A stretch of 64,000 nucleotides of DNA from Zygnema circumcarinatum SAG 698-1b. Its lineage: Eukaryota; Plantae; Zygnematophyceae. Shown here in pieces: positions 47,201 to 58,639 of the stretch. Numbering within the stretch: position 1 is the first letter of the stretch; every line of letters begins with the position of its first letter. The stretch lies in contig CM074808.1 of the NCBI GenBank assembly GCA_037447605.1, forward strand, positions 496,001-560,000, written 5' to 3'. The notes under the pieces are model-generated. The model was not told the DNA's origin and made no database searches. It saw only the letters and a program-made list of their open reading frames with translations. A program made the translations under genes and the position numbers.

Positions 47201-49786
47201 TCATGGATGGCGATGGCGGCGGCTCCTTACTTCCTCCCCATTTCTGGCGCTGATAGCGTCCATTCGGAGCTCACTCCCATACGCGCTCGTTGCCGAGCCC
47301 GCTACCTTTGCCCCCCTTTGTCACGGATAAGAGGCATTTTACTCCTTGTCGGAACTTCTCTCGCGATGATGGCGGACGGTCTCTGCATTTCGCCAAGGCC
47401 TTCCCGTCCCATTCCCTAACGAGCGTCTGGAAATCCTGGACGTCGCCCACGATGCCCAACCTGCAGGCTTCCACCTCGGACAGAAGAAGATGGTGGCTCA
47501 GTTGCAGGAGCGCTACTATTGGCCCGGCCTCCATGGCGCGGTGAGCCGCTACATTGAAACCTGCACCCGCTGCCAACGCGGCAAGCGCTCTGCTCCCCCC
47601 AACCGCCAACCCCTCGAGATGGGTGAGATCCCAATACGCGGCGTCGCCGAAGACTGGAACATCGACACCTTTTCTATCCCCGGCTGGCACCTCGCTACGA
47701 CCGGGTCCCTGGCCCAGTGAGCGAGATCGCCCAGAATGAGTAGAGTTGCTTCTGAGAATCTAAGCATTAGTCCACTCTGCCCGCCTCACGGCGGCCATCA
47801 TTCACGCCCACTCTCTCCACTACTCACATCCCTCTAATGATGGCACGAATACAAAGGGGCCTTTGCCAGTATCACGGGACTTCATCATCCACCGCACCTC
47901 TAGCCCACTACTCCCCTGGCGAGAATGGGCTTTACTTGAGCAATCACCATTAGGGCGGTCAAGGATCGTGCGTCCGTATTTCTTGTGGGCCCCAGGCCGA
48001 GGCCCGGCGCGAAGGTCATCCTCCACGGTCTTCGCATTATAACGCCTCAGATCCACTCCTCCGGGCTTCTCTCCTGAGCTCCTACATGGCGTAAGCCCGC
48101 ATTCCCGCCGACTCCTCTCTGCTGAGCCTCTTACGATGGCCTCCCGGATCGGAGTCGACCAGCTTCCGACTCTGGCCTGGAAACCCCAAACCCCTGGGCC
48201 TGGCCTCCCACCACCTCGAGCGGCGCCTGACGACAACTCACCGGCAGGAGGTTAAGCCTTGTACTCTCCAGCCAATCGAGGTAGCGCCACATCGGCTCAT
48301 TTGGCTCAAGAATCCTTGAGCCGACTCATGGGCTTTTCGTGGTTGGGCCCCTTCATTTAATGTCGATAGTGAATCCCGGAGTTAGGCCATCATTGAGCTC
48401 GACTCTGAGTAAGGCACGCGTGGCGTTCACACTAGATCGACATTAGATGCCGCCCGCGTCGGCAGTTCCTCGCGATGGCCCAGGCGTTCTTGGAAACAAT
48501 AGCGGTCTCCTCATACCCCTACTGCCATAGCGACTCCTCATTGGTCCATTTAATTCGCCACTTTTGCGGCTTACGCCCAGCATTGCGCCATCGCTTTCGA
48601 TTCAATTTGTCTTACTCCCTCCTCCACCTCCGATCCCGCCGATACTCCCCATTTCCGAATGTACGCGGAAGCTTCTCCCGGTGGCCAGGCTTCGCCTCGT
48701 AGCGGCCGTCAACGTCATCATGGTCCCCTCCCGCCGCTGTCTCTTCTTCCTTGCTTGCTTGGCCACATTGCACTTATTTTCCCGGCATGTGCTACGGATG
48801 TAGCGTAGCGGGCTAATTAAGCCGGATTTCGCGTCCAGTTCAGTAGCCGCAGCGTATACTCTTGAGTATCCTGCGGATCGGAATCGGGGGCGCCAGCGGA
48901 GGTGAGAAAGCGGCGCCATGCGTTAGCGGCCGGAACGACACACCATCAGCCGAGCGCACTCCAGGAACACGCGGACATGCGATTATCATTCGTTGACCTA
49001 TCAAAGAAGGCTCCGTAATGGGTGAGCCTCTCGGTAGGCGGTTGGCCAATTAGAAACATCCTTCTTGGAACTCAAGATCTATTGTAGGTGTTAAGTAGAT
49101 GGGATGTCATTGATGCTTCTTTGTCTTTTTAGTCTTTGAAGCTTAGTATTTGTATTTCTTTGTGTGGTTTGTTGTCTTGTTCTTCTTTCTTCTTTTTCCT
49201 TCTCTTGATTCACGACAACAGTGCTAAGTAAGAGAGAGAGAGAGAGAGTTCCATGCCATAGATAGAAGGCGAGAGAGAGAGAGAAGAGTCTTCTTCTGGC
49301 GATAGCATTTAGGCGTCCCATTATTGACCCGATTAGACAAAGATTTCGGTGAGAAGACAATTTCATTATAATGACATTCCCCAGCCAACATTTGGTAGGT
49401 GATTTCTAAAAATACCACCTTTATCTAAGTTGTCACCAACCCTCTGGCTGTCACACTATGCAGCCCACTATCTTGCTCTATCACGCCTTGCATTGCTCTC
49501 ATTGACCAATGATCACTAGAAGCCTAGCTAAGAGACTAGTAGGAGAGGACGGGGAGGAGATCCCCAAGGAAGGGCTGCTGGCATCAAGTCCGGCCCGTTG
49601 GGAGCGTCTTGAGAATCTCGTCTTCGGCTGGCGGCGTACCTCGAATCCAGGATCAAGCTGCATCTTTAGCGAGGCGGACCACAGCACCACCCCAACCCTA
49701 AGTCGGTTTCATACGGACCGCAGTGGCAAATACGGCCTACGGCCTTTCGGCCCGATCTTTGTTTAACCCACTTATCTTGTGCTACA
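41282..49786 (+). mobile_element. Full-length but frameshifted Ty3/gypsy LTR retrotransposon (element a), ~8.5 kb
   Basis: 5' LTR 41282-42297 (TGTAGCG...), PBS 42298-42309, gag with CTFCQITGHDAVC knuckle (~44000), protease IDTGA (~45030), RT (~45800-46400), RNase H (~46700-46950), integrase HHCC/core (~47400-48150), 3' LTR 48799-49786 (...GCTACA). Order PR-RT-RH-INT; no chromodomain seen. A possible TCGT TSD (41278-41281) appears only at the duplicate 3' end (56473-56476). Confidence 0.9.
42298..42309 (+). other. Primer-binding site for initiator tRNA-Met
   Basis: TGGTATCAGAGC, the canonical plant tRNA-iMet PBS. Confidence 0.92.
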
Positions 49787-51087
49787 TAAAGTATTTACCA
49801 CCTAAGGAGTCGTCCTCAATATTTTAATTTCTGAAACCACCTTTGCATGCGGTAACACATTGTTGGCGATACTTATTTATCTTGTTAAATGCTTGGCCAG
49901 GTACTAAGCCCGTCTTTATCATCTTGGCAGATTCTGGGGTTCACATAAAACTCACCCTATCTCCTTTCGTGCGGTAAGAAGCTGCGTCTTCTCCCCTTCT
50001 TCTTGGCCCCACGTCACGATCACGATGCGAAAGCGGTCGGTGCGATATTTTGCGATACTAGGCGATACGATCTGGCCAGATGGCATTGTCGATACTTGGC
50101 CGTGCGAGCTGAAGACGAACAGCAATGGCTTCGATGCATCGCGTGGCGATATGGCGGAAATGCGATCACGATATTAGCGAACTGATGCGATCGCGGTGCA
50201 ATATCATGCGGTACGCTACGATGCGGTCCAACATGAACTCTAACATAATACCACACGTCGATTCGTAACACGAACCTTATATATGCAAAATTAATATTTA
50301 CCTCATATTGGCTTTGGAACGGGGTGGAAAAATATGAGGGCCTCTTTAGCAAGATTCTGGCGCTCAATTTAAACGACGATGCGATCGCGGTACGATATAC
50401 CAGAGAAAACGATGCGATACGCTGCGTGCGGACATGCATGAACTCCTAACATAATTCGCTCGCTTTATTGGTAACGGACCTTATATTTGCCAAAAACAAT
50501 ATTTTCGCCCGATTTTTGCCAAATGTAGGTGGAAAATATGATGGGGTCCTACTGTACCATGCGCGGGACCGGAAAAACCCGAATTGCTGTTGGATTCGGT
50601 AACTTCTGGCCGTCGATTGAGAAATCTTCGCCGTCCGATGCGTTGAAGGTAGCCGTTGCGAACTGGAGGGCCGTTGGATGCGTTGGCTATGGACCGTAAT
50701 TGCCGTTGGATACGAGAGGGAAAGGAACGGTAAAAGCGAGAGCGGAAGCTACGGAAGACCGTTGGATTGAGAGGAACGCGTGAGATGCGATTGACCGTTG
50801 GATTCTGAGGCACGTTGATCGTTGGGTGAAATTGTTGCACAGATCGGACCATTAGACAAACTAGTCGACTAGTTGGCAACCAGTGGTTGCGGACCGAAAC
50901 AACCATTCGACTGGTTGCCAACCAGTGCCGCCGGATCGAAACAACCATTCGACTGGTTTGGAACCAGTGGCGCAGGACTGAAACAACCATTCGACTGGTT
51001 CGGAACAAGTGATCCAATGGTTGGCAACCATTGAATTTCTGAAATGATGCCTTTTTGCAAAAATGGGTCGTATGTGTTTTGACGGGT
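49787..51087. repeat. GATAC-rich repeat plus palindrome array between two tail-to-tail gypsy elements
   Basis: Near-identical copy at 56473-57811; array 50870-51050 homologous to 21620-21800. Confidence 0.8.
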
Positions 51088-52095
51088 TGTAGCGCACAAG
51101 ATAAGTGGGGTTGAGAAGGCTGCTGAGCTAGTTCTGCAGTCTTTGTCTGACCACCGGCGTCCGAATCTTTGGCTGGCGATGGGGTTGGGGTGGTCTTTGT
51201 GGGTGCTGCGACATAGAGCCAAGATCCGGGGATTGAGGAGGGAATGCGGCCTTGGCGAGGCGTAGGGATTACGAGCGTTCCCCACCGGCTGGACCCGATG
51301 CGCCAAGAGCCCTTCCTTGGGGACTCTCCTCCCCGTCTCTCCTGGCTAGTCTCTTAGCTAGGCTTCTAGTGATCATTGTTGGTCATTGAGGAGGAATGCG
51401 AGGCGAGGATAAGAGCAAGATAGGAGCTGGGCATAGTGACAGCAGCAGGAAAACAGGACAAAACTTAGATAAATGTGGTATTTTGGAAACACACCCCAGC
51501 CAGCGGTTCGCTGGGGAATGTCATTACAATGAAATTGTCTTCCCACTGAAATCTTTGTCTAACTGGGCTGAATGGGGCGTCTAAATCTTTATCAGCAAAG
51601 AAGACTCTTTCTCTCTCTCTCTCTCTATCTATGGCATGGAACTCTCTCTCTCTCTCTCTCTTACTTAGCATGCATTCTTTGTAACTCAAGAGGAAGAAGA
51701 GAAGAAGAAGAACAAGACAACAAACCACGACAAATACAAATACTAAGCCCGGCACTAAAAGACAAACAAGCATCGCGACATCCCATCTACTTAGCTGTGA
51801 CAATAGATCTTGGAGTCTTAAGCGGTGGCCAGTCTGATTGGCCAACTGCTTAGCGAGAGCTTTGTTGACTCGTGGGGCAGCGGATAGGTCAGCGAATGGC
51901 TTGTCGGCGGCATCTTGGCGCTTCGAGTCGCCTTCTGGCTGGATGGTGTGTGCCGTTCCGTGGGCATAGCGCTGGCGCGCCTCTTAATCTCGTTGGCGGC
52001 TCACGGATTCGGTGATGAAGTGACCTTTGAAGAGGCATATGTCAGAAGTACAATTGGTATGGCTGAATCCGTCGAGAGCGCCAGCTCCGTTATTA

Positions 52096-52817
52096 TGGCA
52101 CGACTGAAACCGCCTCTTCAGCACAGATCACACACACACCGACACTTTCGAGTTGTTGAGAGAGAGCAAGAGAGAGCTTGAGTGGCAGCCGGCGAAGTGC
52201 AACCGGAATGCCCGATGCGTTGGTTGGGTGACGTGATTACGCTACTAAGCTTCCCCGTCGAACCTCTACCAGCATGGAGGATTAGGCGAACGTCAATAAG
52301 CGGACGCCCGCGTGTTCCTCGACTTCCGAATGGAGTGGTGGCCTAACGTCACAGTGCTACCGCCCGCGTGCGGCGCGCCCGCAACCTTGGCAGCGCCGCC
52401 CATCTCTGTCCGGTGCAATTAGTCTCACCTTGTAGCCTTGAGTCCAGCTATCGTATCCCGGCCTGCTTAATTACTTGGGTGTGTCGCGGGCGAAGCGGAA
52501 AAGAGAATCAAAGAGGATCGGGCGGGGCCGATATCCATCGCGAGACGGATTGGTCCGTGAATGCCGTTAGTCCGTGATCCTCCTCTACGCTGAGAGGAGG
52601 GGACCTTGGCCGGTGACGTGGGGCCCATAGAGATTATGTGGCAGCCCCACGGGTGAACCAGTTCTTACGGTTCGAACCTAGGACCTCCGTCGTCCTATAG
52701 GGTATCGATGCCCTACTTAGTTAAGTCTTGCATTGAATGGAAACATAAAACTTACGCCCGAACTCTAAGTAACGCCCTTCCCCTTGGGGTGGCTGTAGCG
52801 TTTACTTCTGATTCACA
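52096..52817 (-). mobile_element. ~720-bp insertion (possible solo LTR, TG...CA) into the left end of the element b LTR
   Basis: Sequence absent from the other LTR copies; minus-strand ends TGTGAA...GCCA. The TSD is not clean. Confidence 0.3.
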
Positions 52818-53315
52818 CGCTATCTGTAGCACATGCCGGGGGGGGGGAACAAGCGCACGCCCCTGCGGGCGCAAGGAAGAAGAGACAAAGGGCAGGGGAG
52901 GAGCCAAGGATGACGTGGACGGGAGGCGAGTCGGTGGCCGTGTGGAGAAGCTTCCTCGTACATTCGGCAAGGGGGGGTATCGGCAGGACCGGAGGGGGAG
53001 AAGGGAGGAAGACAAATTCGGAAATCGAAAGATACGGCCACGGCCGAGCGCAATATTGTAGCGGCAAAAGTGGCGGGAATTAGAAATGGACCAATGAGGT
53101 CGGCATGGCGGGGGCGTGCGAGACATGGCTGTCGATTACCTGCTTTAGCTTCAGCCATCAGCGGGGAGGAACGGTGGCGATAAGCGGCCGCGAATGTCGA
53201 TCGATTGTGAGCGCCCGGCGGGCGTTCCCGCAAATTAGAGCCTCGAAATGATGGCCCAACCGGGATCTCCGGCGGACCCGGCCACAAATGAAGGGGCCCA
53301 ACCCGCGGAAGCGCG

Positions 53316-54251
53316 TTAGTGGGTTTGGCCGAGATTCACGAGCCAAATGAGCTGGCGTGGCGTGACCTGATTGGGCGGGAGAGCAGCGCGTCGGCGCCTC
53401 CCAAAGTCGGTGAGTTGTCGCCTGTGCGCGCGGTCGAGGTGGTGGGAGGCCATGGAATCTAGGGTTCGGAAGCGGAGGGCCAGGAGCTGAAGCTGGGCGA
53501 TCCGATCCGGGGGAGGCGCGTCATCGTGGAAGAGGGGCTCAGCAGAGAGGAGGTCAAGGGGAATGCGGGGCTTACGGCCATAGAGGAGCTCGTAGGGAGA
53601 GAAGCCAGTGGAGGAGTGAACGGAGGTGTTGTACGTGAAGACCAGGGAGGGGATGACCTCGCGCCAGTCCGCCTCCAGCTCCGCGCAGCCGCGGACGCAC
53701 GCATCCTTGACCGTCTGAATGGTACGTTCTGCAAGCCCATTCTGCCAGGGGGAGTAGGGGCTAGAGGTGCGGTGGATGATGCGGAAAACCTGCATTAGCT
53801 TGGCAAAGGCCCCCTTGTATTCGGTGCCATTGTCAGAGTGGACAGAGTAGGGGAGAGAGTGGCGGTGAATGATGGCCGTCAGGAGGCGGGCAGAGTGGAC
53901 GGAATGCTTAGATTCTGTAGCGTGAACCTCTACCCACTTGGTGTATCTGTCCACGGCTAGGAAGACCCGAATGTAGCCAGAGGGGGTGCCGAGCTGGGGG
54001 ATAGAAAAGGTGTGGATGTTCCAGTCTTCAGCGACGCCGCGTATTGGGATCTCACCCATCTCGAGGGGTTGGCGGTCGGGGGGAGCAGAGCGCTTGCCGC
54101 GTTGGCAGCGGGTGCAGGTTTCAATGTAGCGGCTCACCGCGCCATGGAGGCCGGGCCAATAGTAGCGCTCCTGCAACAGGGCCACCATCTTCTTCTGTCC
54201 GAGGTGGAAGCCTGCAGGTTGGGAATCGTGGGCGACGTCGAGAATTTCCAT
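53316..54251 (-). CDS. Gypsy integrase (HHCC + DDE); GPF motif in shifted frame downstream
   Basis: AHDS..GFHLG..RYYWPG..CTRCQRGK, AVDRYTKW, VHSDNGTEY, WQNGLAERT, YNTSVHSSTGFSPYELLYGR. Confidence 0.9.
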   Translation of the reverse strand: MEILDVAHDSQPAGFHLGQKKMVALLQERYYWPGLHGAVSRYIETCTRCQRGKRSAPPDRQPLEMGEIPIRGVAEDWNIHTFSIPQLGTPSGYIRVFLAVDRYTKWVEVHATESKHSVHSARLLTAIIHRHSLPYSVHSDNGTEYKGAFAKLMQVFRIIHRTSSPYSPWQNGLAERTIQTVKDACVRGCAELEADWREVIPSLVFTYNTSVHSSTGFSPYELLYGRKPRIPLDLLSAEPLFHDDAPPPDRIAQLQLLALRFRTLDSMASHHLDRAHRRQLTDFGRRRRAALPPNQVTPRQLIWLVNLGQTH

Positions 54252-54618
54252 ACGCTCGTTAGGGAATGGAACAGGAAGGCCGGAGGGGAGGTAAAGAATC
54301 TGTCCGTCATCATCGGCAGAGGATTACGGCGGCGGGCGGCCAGAGCCCTCGATTGTCGTGATAAAGGGGGTAGCGATGGTCATGGCGTGGCCTTGAAGGG
54401 AGAGTGAATGGACATCATTGGCGGGAAATGGGGAGGAAGTAAGGGCGTCGCCATCGTCATCATGAGGAGTTCCACCGGATCCGCATGGGGGGGTGGCGTG
54501 GGTGAAGTCGGGGTCCTCNNNNNNNNNNNNNNNNNNNNNNNNNNNNNNNNNNNNNNNNNNNNNNNNNNNNNNNNNNNNNNNNNNNNNNNNNNNNNNNNNN
54601 NNNNNNNNNNNNNNNNNN

Positions 54619-56472
54619 TACGAGCTCCTCTATGGCCGTGAAGCCCCGTGATTCCTCAATTCCCCGGCTGAGCCCCTCTTTCTACGACATGACGCCAGCT
54701 TCTCCTCCCCCGGATCGGGGTCGACCAGCTTCCCGCCCTCGCCCTCCGCCTAAACAACCCTAGATTCCATGGCCTCCCACCACTGGAACGAAGCGCATTT
54801 AATTTACAACTCACCACTTTGGGAGGCGCCGACGCTGCCGCCTCCCGCCTAATCGTAAATAGCCATTATCAGCCTCATTTGGCTCAAGAATCTCGCCAAA
54901 CCCACTCAACGGCTTTTCCCGTGCGGGTCGGGGCCCCTTCATTTGTGTCGTCCGGCCGGAGATCCTGCAGTTAGCCATCATTTCGAGGCTCCCGACTCTG
55001 GGCGGCACGCCCGCGCCGGGCGTTCACACTCAGATTCCACATCTGCGCCGCCACGCCGGGCTGTTCCTCCCCCCGATGAGCCAGAAGCGTGTTTATACCG
55101 ACAGTCACGGCCTCCCTCGTGACCCTCTCGCCATGATCTAATTCTCATTGGTCCATTTCTAATTCCCCGCCACTTTTTTGCCGCCAGCTTCATTACATTG
55201 TTCACGGCCAACCTCATTTCGAATTTGCGTCTTACTCCCTCCACCTCCTGGACATCCCGCTACCGATACTCCCCATTTCCTAATGTACGTTTAAGCTTCC
55301 TGCACGGCCGCCGATCTCGGGGCTCTCAAGGCCCCCTCTCGGCTCCACGCCATCATGGTCCCTCCCTCGCCTTGTCTTTTCTCTTTTCCTGGCGCCTCGC
55401 TAGGGCGCGCGCTTTGTTTTCTCGCATGCGCTAAGGTATGAAGAAAGTAACGGGAGCTGCGTTTCACGGATTTAAGGCCGGGCTCAATTGTACTTCGACG
55501 TGTGATGCCTCTTCCGTGTCACGGATCAACTAATCCGTGAGCCGCCAATCCGAGATCGGGAGAGAAGGCGGCACATGCGCTATGCCCACCAACAAAGACA
55601 CCATCCAAAGAAGGCGCACTCGAACACCGAGGCCGCCGACATCATTCGCTGACTCATCCTCAAGGCTCCATCGAATGGGCCGTGCCTCAAAGTGGGCAGT
55701 TACAATTAGAGACCGCCAACGCTGGCGACTCAAGATCTATTGTCGCTGCTAAGTAGACGTGATGTCGCGATGTCTTTGTCTTTTAGTGCTAGGCTTAGTA
55801 TTTGTATTTTGCTGTGTGGTTTGTTGTCTTGTTCTTCTTCTTCTTTTCCTTCCTCGCCATAAAAGAATGATGCTAAGTAAGAGAGAGAGAGAGAGAGAGA
55901 GTTCCATGCCACAGATGTGAGAGAGCCGCAGAGAGAGAGAAAGAGCGCCTTCTACGATAGCATTTAGACGGCCCCATTCAGCCCAGCTAGACAAAGATTT
56001 CAGTGAGAAGACAATTTCATTATAATGAGGCCCCCAGCCAACCGCCGCTGGGGTGAGTTTCCAAAATACCACCTTATCTAAGCTAAAAGTCCCCAAGCCG
56101 TCATCACCAAACAAGCCCCTATCTTTATGCTCTCCCCTTATCCTGCCTTGTATTGCTCTCTCACGACCAAATGACCACCAGTGTAAGCCTAGCTAAGACT
56201 AGCCGAGGAGAGTGACAGGGAGGAGGGTCCCTAAGGAAGGGCTCTTACATCAAGTCCAGCCAGCCGGTAACGCCTTCGCATCCCTACGCCTTCGGGTCAA
56301 GGCTGCACTCAATCCTCTCGGATCTCTGCTCTATGTCACAGTGCAGACCCACGAACATTCACCCCAACCCTATCGGGCCGGGCCAAAGACGGACACGCTT
56401 AGAGGGCTTGATAAAGACCTGCAGCCAGCTGCCCGCTAGGGGCCTGTTTAACCCCACTTATCTGCGGTTACA
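54619..56472 (+). mobile_element. Duplicate of the 3' end of element a (integrase tail, 3' UTR, LTR ~55445-56472)
   Basis: Collinear with 48075-49786 and followed by the same flank. Confidence 0.8.
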
Positions 56473-57811
56473 TCGTGATGGCACACCCTAAGGGAAGTGC
56501 TGCCCCTCAATATTTTCGGGCCCGATTTGCCGAAATCATCTGTGACGGTGAATTTGTGTTAGCCGTAACATTTGTACTGTTCGTACCGACCGCATTCAGC
56601 CGTATTCATTCGCATTTGAAGCCGCTACGGGTTTACGAAAATCCTCACTCTAATTCGCCAAAAGCCGCCGTAGAAGAGGCTTTTCTCGCCGCTTTTCTCC
56701 CTTCTTCTTCTTGCTTCGATAATGCATACGATAAATAAACGACGGGTAATGATATTTTACGATACTAGTAATACGATAATGCAAACTCGATATGGCATTG
56801 TCCGACGAGCCGCATTTTAGCTGAGACGGTAATAAATGTGAAAAGCGTAAAACTACGTCTATGCGTGACGATATGGCACGATACGATACGATATTAAACG
56901 AGACAGTACGATACGGTACAATATCGTACGGTACGCTACGTACGGTCCAACATGAACTCTAACATAATACCACACGTCAATTCGTAACACGAACCTTATA
57001 TATGCAAAATTAATATTTTCGCCTCATATTGGCCGGAACCAGGGTGGAAAATATGAGGACGCCCTACTGTAGCCGTTACGCGCTCGAATTTAAACGACAC
57101 GGTACGATGCGGTACGATATGCCAGAAAACGATACGATACGCTACGTACGGACATACATGAACTCTAACATAATTCCGCTCGCCTATTGGTAACACGGAC
57201 CTTATATTTGCCAAAAACAATATTTTCGCCCGATTTTTGCCAAATGTAGGTGGAAAATATGATGGGGTCCTACTGTACCATGCGCGGGACCGGAAAAACC
57301 CGAATTGCTGTTGGATTCGGTAACTTCTGGCCGTCGATTGAGAAATCTTCGCCGTCCGATGCGTTGAAGGTAGCCGTTGCGAACTGGAGGGCCGTTGGAT
57401 GCGTTTGGCTATGGACCGTAATTGCCGTTGGATACGAGAGGGAAAGGAACGGTAAAAGCGAGAGCGGAAGCTACGGAAGACCGTTGGATTGAGAGGAACG
57501 CGTGAGATGCGATTGACCGTTGGATTCTGAGGCACGTTGATCGTTGGGTGAAATTGTTGCACAGATCGGACCATTAGACAAACTAGTCGACTAGTTGGCA
57601 ACCAGTGGTTGCGGACCGAAACAACCATTCGACTGGTTGCCAACCAGTGCCGCCGGATCGAAACAACCATTCGACTGGTTTGGAACCAGTGGCGCAGGAC
57701 TGAAACAACCATTCGACTGGTTCGGAACAAGTGATCCAATGGTTGGCAACCATTGAATTTCTGAAATGATGCCTTTTTGCAAAAATGGGTCGTATGTGTT
57801 TTTTGGTGGGT

Positions 57812-57999
57812 TGTAGCACAAGATAAGTGGGGTTGAGAGAAGACTGCTGAGCTAGTTGCAGGTGCTGTACGGCCACCCGAGCGTCCGTGCTGAAACTGAC
57901 GTAGGGTTGGGGTGGTGCTGTGGGTCTGCCTGCAGCATAGAGCCAAGATCCGGGGGATTCAGAGGTACGCGCAGCGGAAGACGTAGGGATTCTGAAGAC
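57812..57999 (-). mobile_element. Right end of gypsy LTR (duplicate of 51088-51275), truncated by a gap
   Basis: TGTAGCACAAGATAAGTGGGG at 57812; same flank as 51088. Confidence 0.85.
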
Positions 58000-58009
58000 N
58001 NNNNNNNNN

Positions 58010-58450
58010 AGCGGTGAACTCGTGTCGAATCCCGAGTGACTTGAGGTGAGCAGAGAATTTGAGGGACCTGTATTCACCTCCATTGTCCGTTCGGATCCTC
58101 TGCACCTTCTCTCCGGTCTGCCTTTCTACCTCTAACTGCCAGGTCCGAAAGGTCTCAAACGCCTCACTTTTAAACTTCAGCAGTACTACCCATATCTTCC
58201 TGGAATAATCATCAGGAAGGTGATGAAATACCTTGAACCGCCCTTTGACTCGGGAGTGATCGGTCCGCATAGATCGCTGTGGACCAACTCCAGCAGCTTG
58301 GACGCGCGATGCTTCTCCGCTCCAAAGCTCTTGAAAGGGTGCCGGTGTATCTTGCCCGCCGCGCAGTCGGGGCAGACAGCTTCTGGTGTCGAGATCTTCG
58401 TCGAGGGGAGTCCCCGGACCAGGCTCTGTGTCGCGAGGGCCTCCAGGCCA
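58010..58450 (-). mobile_element. Ty1/copia GAG-pre-integrase/integrase fragment between N gaps
   Basis: CPDCAAGKIHRHPF, VHSDLCGPI, DDYSRKIWV, RIRTDNGGEY (frameshifted). Confidence 0.88.
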
Positions 58451-58639
58451 NNNNNNNNNNGCGCTCCTTAGTCGCGTCGCGCTCCGCCGTCGTCCGTACG
58501 CCCGAACATTTCGTTTCGGTTCGTCACGTCACGGTACCATGATTTAACCTCAGACTTTTCGCGTCAGCGCCCGCGCGACCATCCTTGTCGCTTGGCGTCC
58601 GCGCCTAAGTCCCAAGTCCTTCATGTCCTAGAGAGTCTA

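Larger units (their letters stand above)
51088..54518 (-). mobile_element. Second copy of the same gypsy family (element b), 3' half, cut off by an N gap
   Basis: 3' LTR 51088 to ~52100, 3' UTR 52825-53150, integrase and end of RNase H up to the gap at 54519. Confidence 0.88.
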
